DNA of 64,000 nt, from the NCBI GenBank assembly GCA_016748015.1, contig JAAOMT010000516.1, positions 62,001-126,000 of the forward strand, written 5' to 3'. Each line of letters starts with the position of its first letter. Positions within the stretch are counted from its first letter, which is position 1. Both the position numbers and the translations under genes were made by a program. Below, in pieces: positions 36,101 through 48,919 of this stretch. This DNA comes from Geosiphon pyriformis uo1. Taxonomy: Eukaryota > Fungi > Glomeromycota. The notes under the pieces are model-generated. The model did not search any database. It was not told where the DNA came from and saw only the letters and a list, made by a program, of their open reading frames with translations.

Positions 36101-37421
36101 CTTCTTTCCGAAGAAAAAATAAATTCTTACTAGCAAAAATTAAAAAGATTTAGACATTTCAAAACATACTTTTTCTTAAAGAGCCTAATTAGATAACTAT
36201 TTTAGCTTATAAGAAAATCAACAAAAACGAAATAAGCAAGCACGGTTTGTTTTAATGCTTCAAAACTGATTAATGGTTGTGTTAAAAATGATAATTGACC
36301 GCAAGCTAATAATTGGTTCTTGTAAGGAGTGACTAGAGTTTTGGTTTACTATGCAAGCTCATATAACGTTTCTATATGAATATTTTTCAGTCCAGTTCAT
36401 CTTTTTCCTCACGTTAAATGTTTTTGTCTGAAAAATAAGCTTCTGGCTCAATCCATTACCCAAGAATTAGAAAAATGAGGAAAATTTTAATTTTCACTTT
36501 AAAACAATTAAACCAAGACCAGGAAGCTGACTGGGAATGAAAAGAAATCGAACAAGCTTGCCTTACCTATAAAAAGTCTTAACAACGCAACAATTGGCTA
36601 TCCCAAAAGTTAGCAAGTTTATGGTAGATGAAAAAATTATAGATAGTTGGGGGCTATAGAAGTTATTGAGAGTTAAACTTTAGATGCTTTCTATATCAGT
36701 ATTCCTCGAATCTAAGTTATGGAGCACACCAATTTAATTAATATGATAATCGAAACTTGGAGCGTCAGATTCTGCTGAGCAATGCAGTTTCTACTACACT
36801 CTTGTCCAAAAGAGATGGGGTGAAAAATATTTTAGGTTTTCAGTTTAAAATGGGGCACTATAAATAATACTGTTTTTTTAACGATTGAAGCATCACCCAA
36901 TGTTCATTAGCACAATAGAAGATATGATGATTTAGTTACATTTTTGGGAGCAGGGAGTCCATGAAGCTACGAAATATAATCTTTGACAAAGGATAATTTA
37001 TTATATTATTCCAAGACTTGGAAAAAATCGTAATATAAAGCGCAAAAGAGGAAATAGCAAGCATAAGAATCTCACAACTAATAATTCTTGTATAATCGGT
37101 CACTATATTCAAAGAGTAAATTAGCGGAAATGGAAATAAAAGTTCCTTTATGAACAATTTCAAGGAATCTGGTCGAGCATGCATCTTACCTCAATTCAAC
37201 AAAGAAAGCGTTGCATGGGCCATTTTTGCACACCATCTTGTATTAGAAGAAAGAACCACAAATGAAATATCAAATTTATACTAGAATTGTTTATCAAAAT
37301 ACTAAACATAGATTTAAATTAAAAATTTGGGAATATATGATCTTATATCATCTATCAATTTCCATATCGTAAAATTTATCTCGAAATAACCGTTAAATCA
37401 CCTCTTTCGATCATTTGGTCT

Positions 37422-38908
37422 TTATTCTTTGAACATTGAATCTTTCATGGTAGAACAATTCATCTGAATTCCAAAATATGGCCCTATATGAGAGGCTTGT
37501 GAAAGCGGCGAATCTATCAGTGTAGTTCCAGCATGACAATTCTTAATAATAATAGAATTTTATAAACAGAAAAGTAACGTTTTTAATTAATCAGTTTTCT
37601 TTAAGAATTTTAAACTTGAAAATTTTTTAGTTCTAGAAACCTAAAGCTTACCTGATTTTCATCAATAAAAAAACCATCTTCACCTCTCGCTTCAGGCAAA
37701 CATTTATACAATATATAATCCGCCATATCATTAACCTCTCCACAATTACAATTTGCATTTGAAATCCAATATTCGGTCTTCGGGTGTTGATATTTTTCAG
37801 CTTTTGTTGGCATATGAGGGAACCAATCATTATTATTTACTACTCGAAGATGTTCCGGGAACATAGCTGAAATATGATTTGCAAAAGCTCGGTCACCTGG
37901 ACGAGGAGCACCATACGTTACCAAGTTTGTGTATGGACGCATAGTGGGATGTCTTCTTTGAAACGAAAGTCCTGCTAAAATTGCGTATACTAAAAAAAAT
38001 TGTTTTAGGAAAGTGAAAAACATTAAAAACCAAAATTGAAGCTTTTTTGCCCTCACTTCTTTAGTCCATTTACTTACCTCCACCCTCCCCATGTCCAGTG
38101 AACACTACTTGATAAAGCACATCATAATTATTCATGGCTGAATCAATCTTAACATTGATTTCTGCTTCACGATATAGATAATTTCGAAACCATTCTGAGT
38201 CAACCCCAGCTCGAATATTGTTATTTGTGTCAGGATACAAACTCAAATGGTTTATTCTTCGCCGTCTATCAGTTGGAGAACCTTTTTTACCCTTTATGAA
38301 GACCATCAATCGGTGAAGATGTTTCGTAATCACTTTTTCCTTAATCCCGACTGGATAAGTTGTTCAAATACCCATGATTTAAAAATTCAATGTATAGGTG
38401 CAAGATATTCAGATATTTTAATCTATTTAACCTCACATGTGATCTCCTGAGGAAAGTATGTTTTTTCAGCTGAGAGACAATAAGCTTCTCTTGAATAACT
38501 CGCCATTTCTTTCAAATAGTCCAAGATCGCAACGTCATTCACTGGTACTTTGCTTTCTTCATCTTCAATTTGGGTCGCCACTAACGAGATGCGTTTGAAA
38601 TGTTTTTTTGTAACCTTCAATGCCTTGAAATCTACCAAAGGATCTTTTATCTTAATCAAATATTTTTGATAATTGTAATGAATTTTATGGTTTGAATAGG
38701 CCAAATAGTTTACTTCATTTGGACTTTTAAAAAGAAATCTTTCGGCACTTAATAAATTTTTGAAAATCAGAAAATGGAATCCCCAAATAATGAATCCCCA
38801 AAAAATTATCCTAAAATGTGGTAAAATGTGTTTTTCGCTATATACTATGACCAGTTCTCGTCCAGCGGCTGATACAAAGCAACATAAAGTTCTTTTAAAT
38901 CTATTCAT
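37422..38908 (-). CDS. Lipase class 3-fold protein, nucleophile Ser replaced by Gly, delayed N-terminal hydrophobic segment (gene B, about 400 aa)
   Basis: Exons 38908-38437, 38350-38078, 37989-37652, 37541-37422 (phases 1,1,0; 1203 nt open). Motifs SREAYC, MVFIKG, VDSEW, VVFTGHGEGG-VYA, VTYGAPRPGD, RVVNNNDWFPHMP, NCNC, NCHAG, HIGPYFG. Confidence 0.88.
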
Positions 38909-39433
38909 GATTGAATAATGAAGAATTCTTTTAAAATTTTCATTTTTATTAAACTCCCAAATGCTTATGATAATCAAAGTTTGAATCTCTCAAAACAGAC
39001 CTTTGCTCATATTATAGTGTTCTTTTCTATCAGTTACAGAAAAGGTAAATCACAAGAGTCAGATTCCAAACAAAAAAAAATATTGGCACAAAGGGATAAA
39101 TATTTAATCATACATGAAGATTGACCTCAACAATGACCAAAAAGCTTATACCAACAATTTTTGGCAACGAATGCAATTTTTTCATTTTATTCAGATGGAT
39201 GATTCCCAGAAACATTTTAGCGCTGAATGATCTGCTGTGGTTCAATAAAAGCAATATTGAAGAAATCTTTCTTTGAAATGTGCAAATTCCCATCCTCTAT
39301 ATATGTTCCCAAAAGTTTATAATAAATAGCCTTCGAAATTCATATCTACAAGATGCTCATCTCATTGGCCCGTAACATGGTTCGTCATCGGAAATAAATT
39401 TCTTTTCTATGAATATTTAAAATGGAATTCATT

Positions 39434-40868
39434 TTAAAATAATGACCATTCCACTGGACCGCAATCACCCATTGTCACTCCAAAATAAGGTCCATCATGA
39501 GGATCAGGTTGAGAACTCCCTGAATCGGTTGTACCTGCATTACATTCCTATTTGAGGGATTTAAAAATGAATATAATGGAAATGACTGTCCAAAGAAAAA
39601 GATTCTCTCACCAAATTTTCCCCACTTGTTAAGTTACGGGATGTTCGATAACCAGGACATTCCCAAAGTAGATTTCCGTCTGGCATCGGTTTCAAAGTTT
39701 GATTTATATCTGATGACTTACAGTCACAGTCTGGTCTTGCTATCCAATATTCATACTCGTGATGTTGGAATTCAAAATTTGAAAGAAAATCTCGTGGAAT
39801 GAAGTCGTTAGTATGTGTCACCCGATAAATAAAGATTTCTCGATTCATAGTAGATGCAAATGCTGACAACCCAACACGTGGTTGTCCAAATGTAACTATC
39901 GATACAAGTATCCTTTGATTTGGTGTATTCGATTGATAGGTTCTTAGGTTTTTGTAAATTGCTGGGGTAGCCAGAACCGCGTATGCTTCAAATTAAGGTA
40001 TGGATTAGATTTGAAAAATAACTTTCAGGAATCCAGGCAAAAAAATAGGAATGATTCAAGATCGTGATCCTATACCTCCCCCAATTCCATGACCAATGGA
40101 ATATATCTTTGTTACACCAAAAGTTCTGCCGTTCGGAACCTCAGGTTTGGTGGATAAAAACCTTTCGATCCTGGAAATTAATTCCGGTAAAAATTCGTTC
40201 ACGTCCGCATTCCATACAGCATCAACGAATGTATCTTTTCCATGAAGGCTATTTGCGTATCTTGATAATCGAATCTCCCGTTTTTCCCATTGATTTCTTG
40301 TTAATCTATTTCCCTTAAATATTACGAAAATGTTTTTAGTCAAGGGTTCCTGCAAAACATTGACTAAGACGAAGAAAATTTATGAGAGTGATTAGAATCA
40401 TGTGAATCATGAATTTATTTGATAGACCCAAAGTGAATAAATCATAAAACCTTCAACATCTTTTAATTTCACTTCTTGATCAGTATCATCACCACAATAT
40501 GCCATATTAGCATATTTCGCCATTTTATGTAAAAAATTAATTTTAGATGGTGTCCAATTTCGGATTTTCTTTGGATATGCTCTTTCCTTTTTCCTAAGAT
40601 AATTTCGTCCTACTATACTTCTTGTAAGACTGTCCCTTGTTAAATAAGTTTTGGAAACAAGGCTTGGATCTTGAAGGCTTGTGCATTCTTTATGTTGTGG
40701 TTGATTGAGCGAAAATATTTTTATGCCGGATGTTTTTGATACATCTTTTCCATCTAACGAAATTTCTTTTACTCCAGAAACCCATGTCAAATATAGGATA
40801 AGAATGAAACTTGTACTTAGGAAAGCACAAGGCTTCCAAACGAAAGTTTGGCTATTCATTTTTCCCAT
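39434..40868 (-). CDS. Secreted lipase class 3-fold protein, nucleophile Ser replaced by Gly (gene C, about 397 aa)
   Basis: Exons 40868-40451, 40363-40076, 39985-39612, 39547-39434 (phases 1,1,0; 1194 nt open). Signal-like FLSTSFILILYLTWVSG. Motifs ANMAYC, FVIFKG, VDAVW, YSIGHGIGG-AYA, VTFGQPRVG, RVTHTNDFIP, DCDC, ECNAG, HDGPYFG. Confidence 0.9.
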
Positions 40869-43800
40869 TTGAGTGTTGAATTAAACTAATTTTATGGCGA
40901 ATTGTTTATCAAGAGATCTGTGATTAAAACAAAACGATCCTTTGTTATCAATTATTTATTTTCCATGACAAACGGCTTTTCACTCATATAGATTCGATAA
41001 ACATTGAGAAAAAGAAGATTTCTGAGCCGAATGCTTTTCTTGTTAAAACCAATGATATTTTTCAAGATAATAAGTTACGCTTTGTGATATTTTCAACTGG
41101 ACTTGGAAGCGCTTTTTTGATACATGTATTATTAAGCTACAAAATATTTCTAATAAAAATTCTTAACCCCCAAAGCAGACTAGGATGACTCGAACCGTAC
41201 TTTTGTATTCATAGATTTATATTTGAATCTGACTTGCTTTGACTGACGATATTCCCTTTATAATAGAAGCTCAACTTATTGGAATTTATGATCAAACTTT
41301 GAGCGTTTTAGAATTTACAAATAAAAGTCAAGAAATTACTTGATCACCAAATTTATATTACTATAGATTTTGTTAGGAAAAAATATTTGCACATCTTTCT
41401 ACTAGGAAAATTTAGCTAAAGAATTTATATATTTAAAAACGTACAATTTGGATTTTTGAAAAATACTCAATACAGTAAAAACCATAAAATCATGTGATTT
41501 ATAATCCCAAACCTAAATACAAAAATGATAAAATCATTGAAAAATATTATTATTGGGTTTTTAATAGAATTTTCTTGTTAATGTGTTTTCATATAAACAT
41601 AATTAGATAGAGGTATTAAACACAATGTAATCAAATGTATTAATTTATTTTGAGCAAAATTTTATAAATTGGTTTTTTAAAATCTGAAACATATTTTTAT
41701 AGTTTGTAGTAGGTTCTTGAAGAAATGGTTGTTTTTTATTGCTAATAAAAGTGTAATTCAACTGCTATCTACACAAATACAACAAATACATGTCATAAAA
41801 TAATGCTTTTTACATCTAACTAACCACTTGAACCACTCAAGACTAAATCTAAAACCTAAATTAATAGCTGCTTTCAAAAAGGATTGATTTATCATATCTC
41901 AAATACCTGAAACGATGTGTACAAGTTTTTTTAAATTAATAAAACTCAAATATCTTAAAATAAGCTCCATTTTTCTACAATATTAAAATTGATTCAACAA
42001 ATTCAAGTCTATATCTTTAATTTGGCCACTAGCGTCATATCCTTTCTCAGCGCATTATCAAAAATATTCAGACCAAATTTATAATTTTCAAATTAGGCAA
42101 TTTACTATCTTTAAAAAATCTTTAAAACTCAGCATACTATTCTTTAAATACAAACTCTTGGCCAAAACTAAATAAATTTTATTATAAGTTTTTACATTGG
42201 CATTGCATATTATGATATAAAATTTTCCAACTATTTCAGAACCATTAATTTATTCCAATATTTATTTATTATGACAGTTTTTATTTTACTATCAATGTTG
42301 TATTAAAAAATTTGATTTTATTACATTGAATACGTATAATATTCAGATTATGAATCTTGTTTTTCTTAAAAACTAGCAATATTTTGTGCAATTTTTTATA
42401 ATATACATATAAAACTTTGCCTTATTAATCTAGTTTTAAATACAAATTAGAATGTTAAACTATAGCTGCTATTTTTTGACTAATCTTGTTTATAATATTT
42501 AAATTCAAAAATTTGTTTGTTTAAATAAATTTTAATTAACACAATGTTACATGTTATAAAATTTTTGAACAAACTTTCTATATTATATCTTTTGTCTAGT
42601 TATTGAATGTTTTGTTTAATTTTAATTTTAATTTTAATTTCAATATGTAAACACTAATTTATCTGTTAAGTCTGCTAGCTTCTTTGTTTTTTTATTTTTA
42701 ATTGTATCTAAATGTTTTTTAATTTTAATTTTAATTTTTATAATTTACTTAATATATGCTTTTTTTAATTAATTCAGATTTAAAAACATTTAATGTAATA
42801 TTGCATTTTCTATTTTTAAATTTATATTTGAAATTAGCACAACAGTTTTTAATTTTATCAAGATTGACAACATAATTTTATTTAAATTTTCAAAATAAAC
42901 TGTTGTTTTTTCAATTATGTATTACATATTTAAATTTTTACCAGTTTATCTGTTTTTGAATTCTTTAATACTTAAAATCTTAAATAAATATTAAACTGTT
43001 TTTATTATAATTTTTGTATATAATAACTTTTTGTAATTATAAAAACTTTGTTTTGTTGTTCTTAAATGCATTTTGTGTTTAAACCAATAAAAAGTTTCAC
43101 TTTATTGAAAATAGTTATTTTGTAACATTTTTTTATTCAATATTTAGCAGCATAAAATAAATTCAGTTTTATAATATATTAATATTGTTAAAATATAAAT
43201 ATTTTTTTAAAATTATTTTTATTATGTGTTAATTATTGTATTTAAAAAATATTATTTTTAAATTTAACATTATAAGATTGTATTTTATCAAGATTTTCAT
43301 TACACTAACAGAAAAAGTGTTTAAAAATTTCATTTTTAACTTAATTAGTTTAACTAAAAAATTTATTAACAGTTATTCTATTACTTGTAAGTTTAAATTA
43401 ATTATATATATATAAACAATGTTTTTACCAAATTTTTAAGATTTACGAAACAAAAACTGAAAATATTTTATTCTCAAAATTTATTCGTTTAAAAATATAA
43501 ACTTATATAACAATGAAATAAAAACTTTTTCAATTTTTATTAAATATTTTAATAAATTAACAATTATTTGAAATTTATAAAAAAAATAATTCAAAGTGTG
43601 TTTATAATTTTTGTATACATTAAAATAAAAAAATAAATAAAAACCACTTTTTTATAATTATGTTATTTTAATTTATTAATGTTTTTATAATATTATAACA
43701 TTGTATAAATATGATTTTTTCGAAATATTTATATTAATTTATAATAAATTATTTGAATAAAAATTTTAATATTCAAGAAAAACACAAATATTATATTTAA

Positions 43801-44817
43801 TTAGTATTAAAAAAAAATTAAGAATTAATATTTATTCAAAATTAATTTGACAGTAAAATATTTCAGAAAAATTTATAGCAATTTATTTAAAAAACATAAA
43901 TTCAAAAATTATTATATATTGGACAAGCTTAAATTTTCTCGATTAAGTATTATTTCAATTTATATCTTTTTTAAATAAAAAAATTAAATGAATAATAATA
44001 ATAATAATAATAATAGTATAGTAGTCAAAAGTTTATCTTGCTAATTTCTGATTTCTTTATAATCAATAATATTGGTCTAACCAAAAATCATAAAAACAGA
44101 TCAATTAAAATTATTTGTTCCATAATTCAATAATACGTGAAAAATCATTTTTCCTTGGTTTTGATGAAAAAATAATTAATTCCTCAACCACTGTAAAATT
44201 TCATTTATAATATATATATATTGTTCCCTTACTATTTTAATCGTAACAGGGGTGAAAGAAAGAAGTTTCGATGAAGCAACTCGTTGATTCTTTTTTATTT
44301 TATTTTAAATCGAAATAAAAAAAAGCTACCTTAACTAGGTAACAGACTTTTTTTAAAATAATAATAATAATAATAATAATATGATATCTAATTGTAATAT
44401 ATAGAAAAAAATCAATAATTTGAAAATGGTTATATCACCCACCCACAATCACAGGTCATTGATGATATTCAAATAAATTAAAGTTTCAAAAAACTTTCCC
44501 ACCAAACGGTTTGATTAACCTTATTCACAAGCTCATTGATGGACAAAAATTTTAAAAATCAAAAAAAAAAGGGTAAACTTCGATGAATCAAGACAAATTT
44601 TTTCCCAATCTGGAAATTTAAAAACCCTTTTTTACCGAAAAATGAAGTTTATAATTAATTCAATCAAGAATATAGGAATTCATCATATCTTGTTCATCAT
44701 CCTAGTACAACGTTACCTAGCTTTTTAAAACTTTTGAACATACAGCAAAGTTATCACGAGGATATCGTAAATTCCCGATTCAAAGTTTTCGGCAAGATGG
44801 TAAATAAAAATTAATTT

Positions 44818-44859
<42 letters not shown>

Positions 44860-47800
44860 TTATCAATGGGAAAAAAGTAGCCGAAACTTTATCGTCCCGT
44901 GTTTGACAAGTTTTCCACAAAACATTATGAATTTGAAAAATTAAACGTCATTTTTCATAAAACTTTAATTTTTTTTCAAATATTTTTGTTGTGATATCAA
45001 TTAAAAAATTAAATTGGTACCATTTTTGCGTGAACTTGAAAAGGGTGAGATAAAGCAGTGGCTTAAGCATTATTAGATCATTGATCCAAGCTTCTGGTTC
45101 AAAGTTTTTTTTCACTAAAATATCAGATTGAATTATAAATTTGGATATACATAACTTTTGGGTCTTTTACGAATTTAAAAATTAGTCTCAATGACATCAT
45201 CTTGCTTTTAATTAATGAAGGTCATTTAAAATGGTTGCATCATCATTCAACCTTTTTTTTTAGGTTCAGCTCAAAATCTAATGTTAATTATGGAAATAAA
45301 ATTATCCTCAGATAAAAAGCTTCTAAAACAACAAAAGAGCACCTGTAATAAAAGGTTTCAATTTTTGGAGTTATACTGATGATGATGATGATGATGATGA
45401 TGATGTTTTTGTTTTTGTTTATGTTTTTGTTTTTTATTGTTTTTGTTTTTGTTGTTTTTGTTGTTGTTGTTGTTGTTGCTGTTGTTGTTGTTGTGTTATT
45501 GTTATAATATTCCAGTTGCGAGAATCTTTTTAGCTCTAATTCTAGATTTGAGAATTTTGAATTCAGTGATTATATTAGAGACAATTGATAACTATTGAAT
45601 CGACTATATTATTTATAATAAATAAAAGGTAAACTGAATTTCATGGTTGACACAAAGACGGGTATCACCTTAAAAATACTTCAAAATAATTTAAATTTCG
45701 TTTCACAGAGTAACTTTTGGCACCACATTAATTAATGAATGGATGAAATGCAAAATTCTAAATTTAGCTTTTTTTGGTAATGAATTTTGAATAATACAAC
45801 GATCACGATGATGACGATGATGATACAAGTAACACATACATTATACATGCAGTAAAGGATTTGAAAATTTAGAATAAATTATTTGTAATTTTGCTAGGTG
45901 AAAATCTTATTGATCACTTTTAAATTATTACCATGAAAATTTTTGAAAATTCTCAGAATAAAAACTTGACATTTGATTCCCGAGAAATGATTTTATTTAA
46001 AATCCCTCATTATCATTGGATTATTGAATTTAAAATTTCCCTTCTTATCGCATCCTAAATTCCCAATTTACACACACGAGTACATCGGAATGTCCGTATA
46101 TGTATTTTTCAAAACTTTATTTTGCCCCTTAAATAATCTTTCCTTTCTGATTACGAACCTCATGAACCTTGCATCCAAAGACGTCATCATTAAATCTGAT
46201 AGTTTGTTGGAATGAATTTTAAAATCCCATTCCACTTCACAACACCCTCAGCTGTCTCGTGTAAAACTTAGATTAATGTCAATTGTCGAATCACTTAAAC
46301 TTGATTATTCATCTGGCGTCAATAAAAACCTTACATTTCATAATGTATGCCTTGAAAACAACAACAACAACAACCAACTCTTGAAAAACTAAATATCCAA
46401 TCGGAACCTTTTATCAAAAAAAAAGTTTTGACCTAGTATATTTATTTTTTTAAAATAAGGAAGCCTGAAATTCTACGCCACAATTTGAATTGTTCTCAAA
46501 TAGACATTTATTAAATTTACCCTTCTTTTAATGATACTCGATTCTCTTTATTACTTGCATATTATTTGAGTCTTTTGAAGTCATGCATTTCACGACAGAG
46601 ATCTGACGAAGCAGCAACGGGGTAAACATTTTGTTGGAAAATTTCAATCTACTATAATGATGATGGACAACTGAAACATGAAATATCAATGATCTTCAAC
46701 AATATTATTTTTTTGGGGGGGAGAGGGTAGAGGGGGATGAAGGTCAGGATTCAAAAAATATTAAAGTTTCCAAATAAGTTTTACCTTAAGAAATTGAATT
46801 TATTCTTTTTTGAATACAGACAATAATGATTGGGAACTCGTTTCTTAAATGGATATATTGTTTATTATTATTATTATATTACTAAAAACTAATTATTGAT
46901 TTGGAAATGAAAAATTTCAATTGAATATTTGACCAGTGAGAATGACTTGTTCATTATTTCTAGTATGAAATTCGTAAACAAAAATCCAGATCTTTGTAAG
47001 CTTTTTTAAAAAGAATCTAAAACATTCACGTCAAATAAATGAATTCTCCTGGACTAAACCAATTTAGATTTTTAAAAGAAAATTAGAATTGAGCAGCAGT
47101 CGAGAAAACCAGATTGTTTGTTGACTGACTGACTAATTGATTGATTGACTGATTTCTTTGATACTTTTATTTGATGCTATTTCACTTGCATTCTTTAATT
47201 GATTCTTTGTTTATCTTTTTCTAATTTCTTAAAATGTGATAGGAAAATTATTTTTCAAATTAATTCAATTCTTTCTTTGATTCAAATCTTTTGAAACGTT
47301 ATAATCAGAAACTGAGAATTCGAAAGTTCTAAATATTTTTTATAAATCTTGAAGAGTTTTTAAAACTAAAAATTTATTTGAAGTCCAAAAAGAGTTATTA
47401 ATGATTATTCTATGCTACAAAAAAAACCAAAAAAAGAACCAAAAACTTTTGAACCCTTTTCTTTAGAATGATCAGATCAATCAAATATAATAACGTCATC
47501 GATCATCAATGATTGGAAAATTCTCTGAAAAAAAGATTAACACATGAAAGCATAAAAATTTATTTTTAGATATAGGCTCGGGAAATATAATTTGTATTTT
47601 TCAAGATACAATTAGTAGCATGATTTACTAGGTACATTGTACATTGTACATTGTGCATTGTAACCCAGTTCTAAAAATCTGATATTACAAAACGGTTTAG
47701 ATTTCAATATGCACTATGATGACATTAATGAAAAGAATGGTGGTAATGATTTAAAAAAAGATTATGGACATTGTTATGTTGATGTGGATCAATAGACTGT

Positions 47801-48388
47801 GATACCAATATTTATTTATTTATTTAAAAATAGAGATGCCAATAAAATTTTAAATTAAATTGCACAAAATAAGGAGAAATAATAATTACAATCATGAATT
47901 TAGAAATATTTTCATGATGTTGAAGGTCGATGAAAAGGGGAAGAAGGGGAAAGGGAAGGGAAAAAGGAAGAGGAAAAGGAAAAGGAAGAAGAAGAGGAAA
48001 AGGAAGAGGAAAGAGAAGATGGAATGTTTAATTTAAATTTCACAGAATCAGCCCTTCCTAATTATAAAATATCAATATTAAATGATATTATTACAAGAAA
48101 AGGATTTCAGTTTCAGAATATTAAAAAAAAAAAAAATTAAAAAAAATTACCCAAATCAAAGACGAAAAGTTTTTTAAATTAGTTGTATTTTTGATAAGTC
48201 TAGTTGCTCCTCATATGACGCCATATGGATGATTGGATAGCTCGGAACCATACGATAATCACCATCACTATCACTAATGATTAATAATAATAATATTATT
48301 ATTATTACTATTCTTATCACTATTATTACTAGTACTGATGCTAATAATTATCATTGTTGTTGTTGTTGTTATTATTATTTTATTATTA

Positions 48389-48430
<42 letters not shown>

Positions 48431-48490
48431 AATAATTCATCATAGAAGTGTTTGATGGACTTCAAACGCCGAGTTTCTTTCAAATTAAAT

Positions 48491-48521
<31 letters not shown>

Positions 48522-48834
48522 TTCAATTGTTATTAAATAGGATCATGAGAATAAATGACGAATGATTCAGAATATCATTATAGATTTTCGAACAAAAGTT
48601 TTAAATAAAGAATGAAGGCTTAAAAAAATTTCATTCTAAATCTAATAATAAATGAGATGAAAAAAAAATTAAATTTGTTTGGAGCTATTCAGGAAAAATA
48701 TTAAATATCAGAATTAACCTTATTAATTTTTGATAAACGTAAATGAGATAGAAGGTTCTTTTTTCTGATTTTTTTAAAATTAAAACTTTTAATATCAGGT
48801 CTACGAAATTCAACTGGTTAATTGCCCTTTTCTA

Positions 48835-48919
48835 TTAGGAGTTATAGTTAAGATTAGAGTTAGAGTTAAGATTAGAATTAGAATTAGAATTAGAATTAGA
48901 ATTAGAATTAGAGTTAAAG
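48835..48919 (+). repeat. Hexamer array (TTAGAA)n with TTAGAG, TTAAGA and TTAAAG variants
   Basis: About 14 hexamers read directly. Confidence 0.85.

Noticed and set aside
41500-43700. AT-rich eroded block with faint minus-strand coding remnants (AEKGYDASGQIKDIDL, LVHIVSGI*DMINQSFLKAAINLGF)
   Set aside because: Probably a decayed mobile element, but I could not assign a family or ends.
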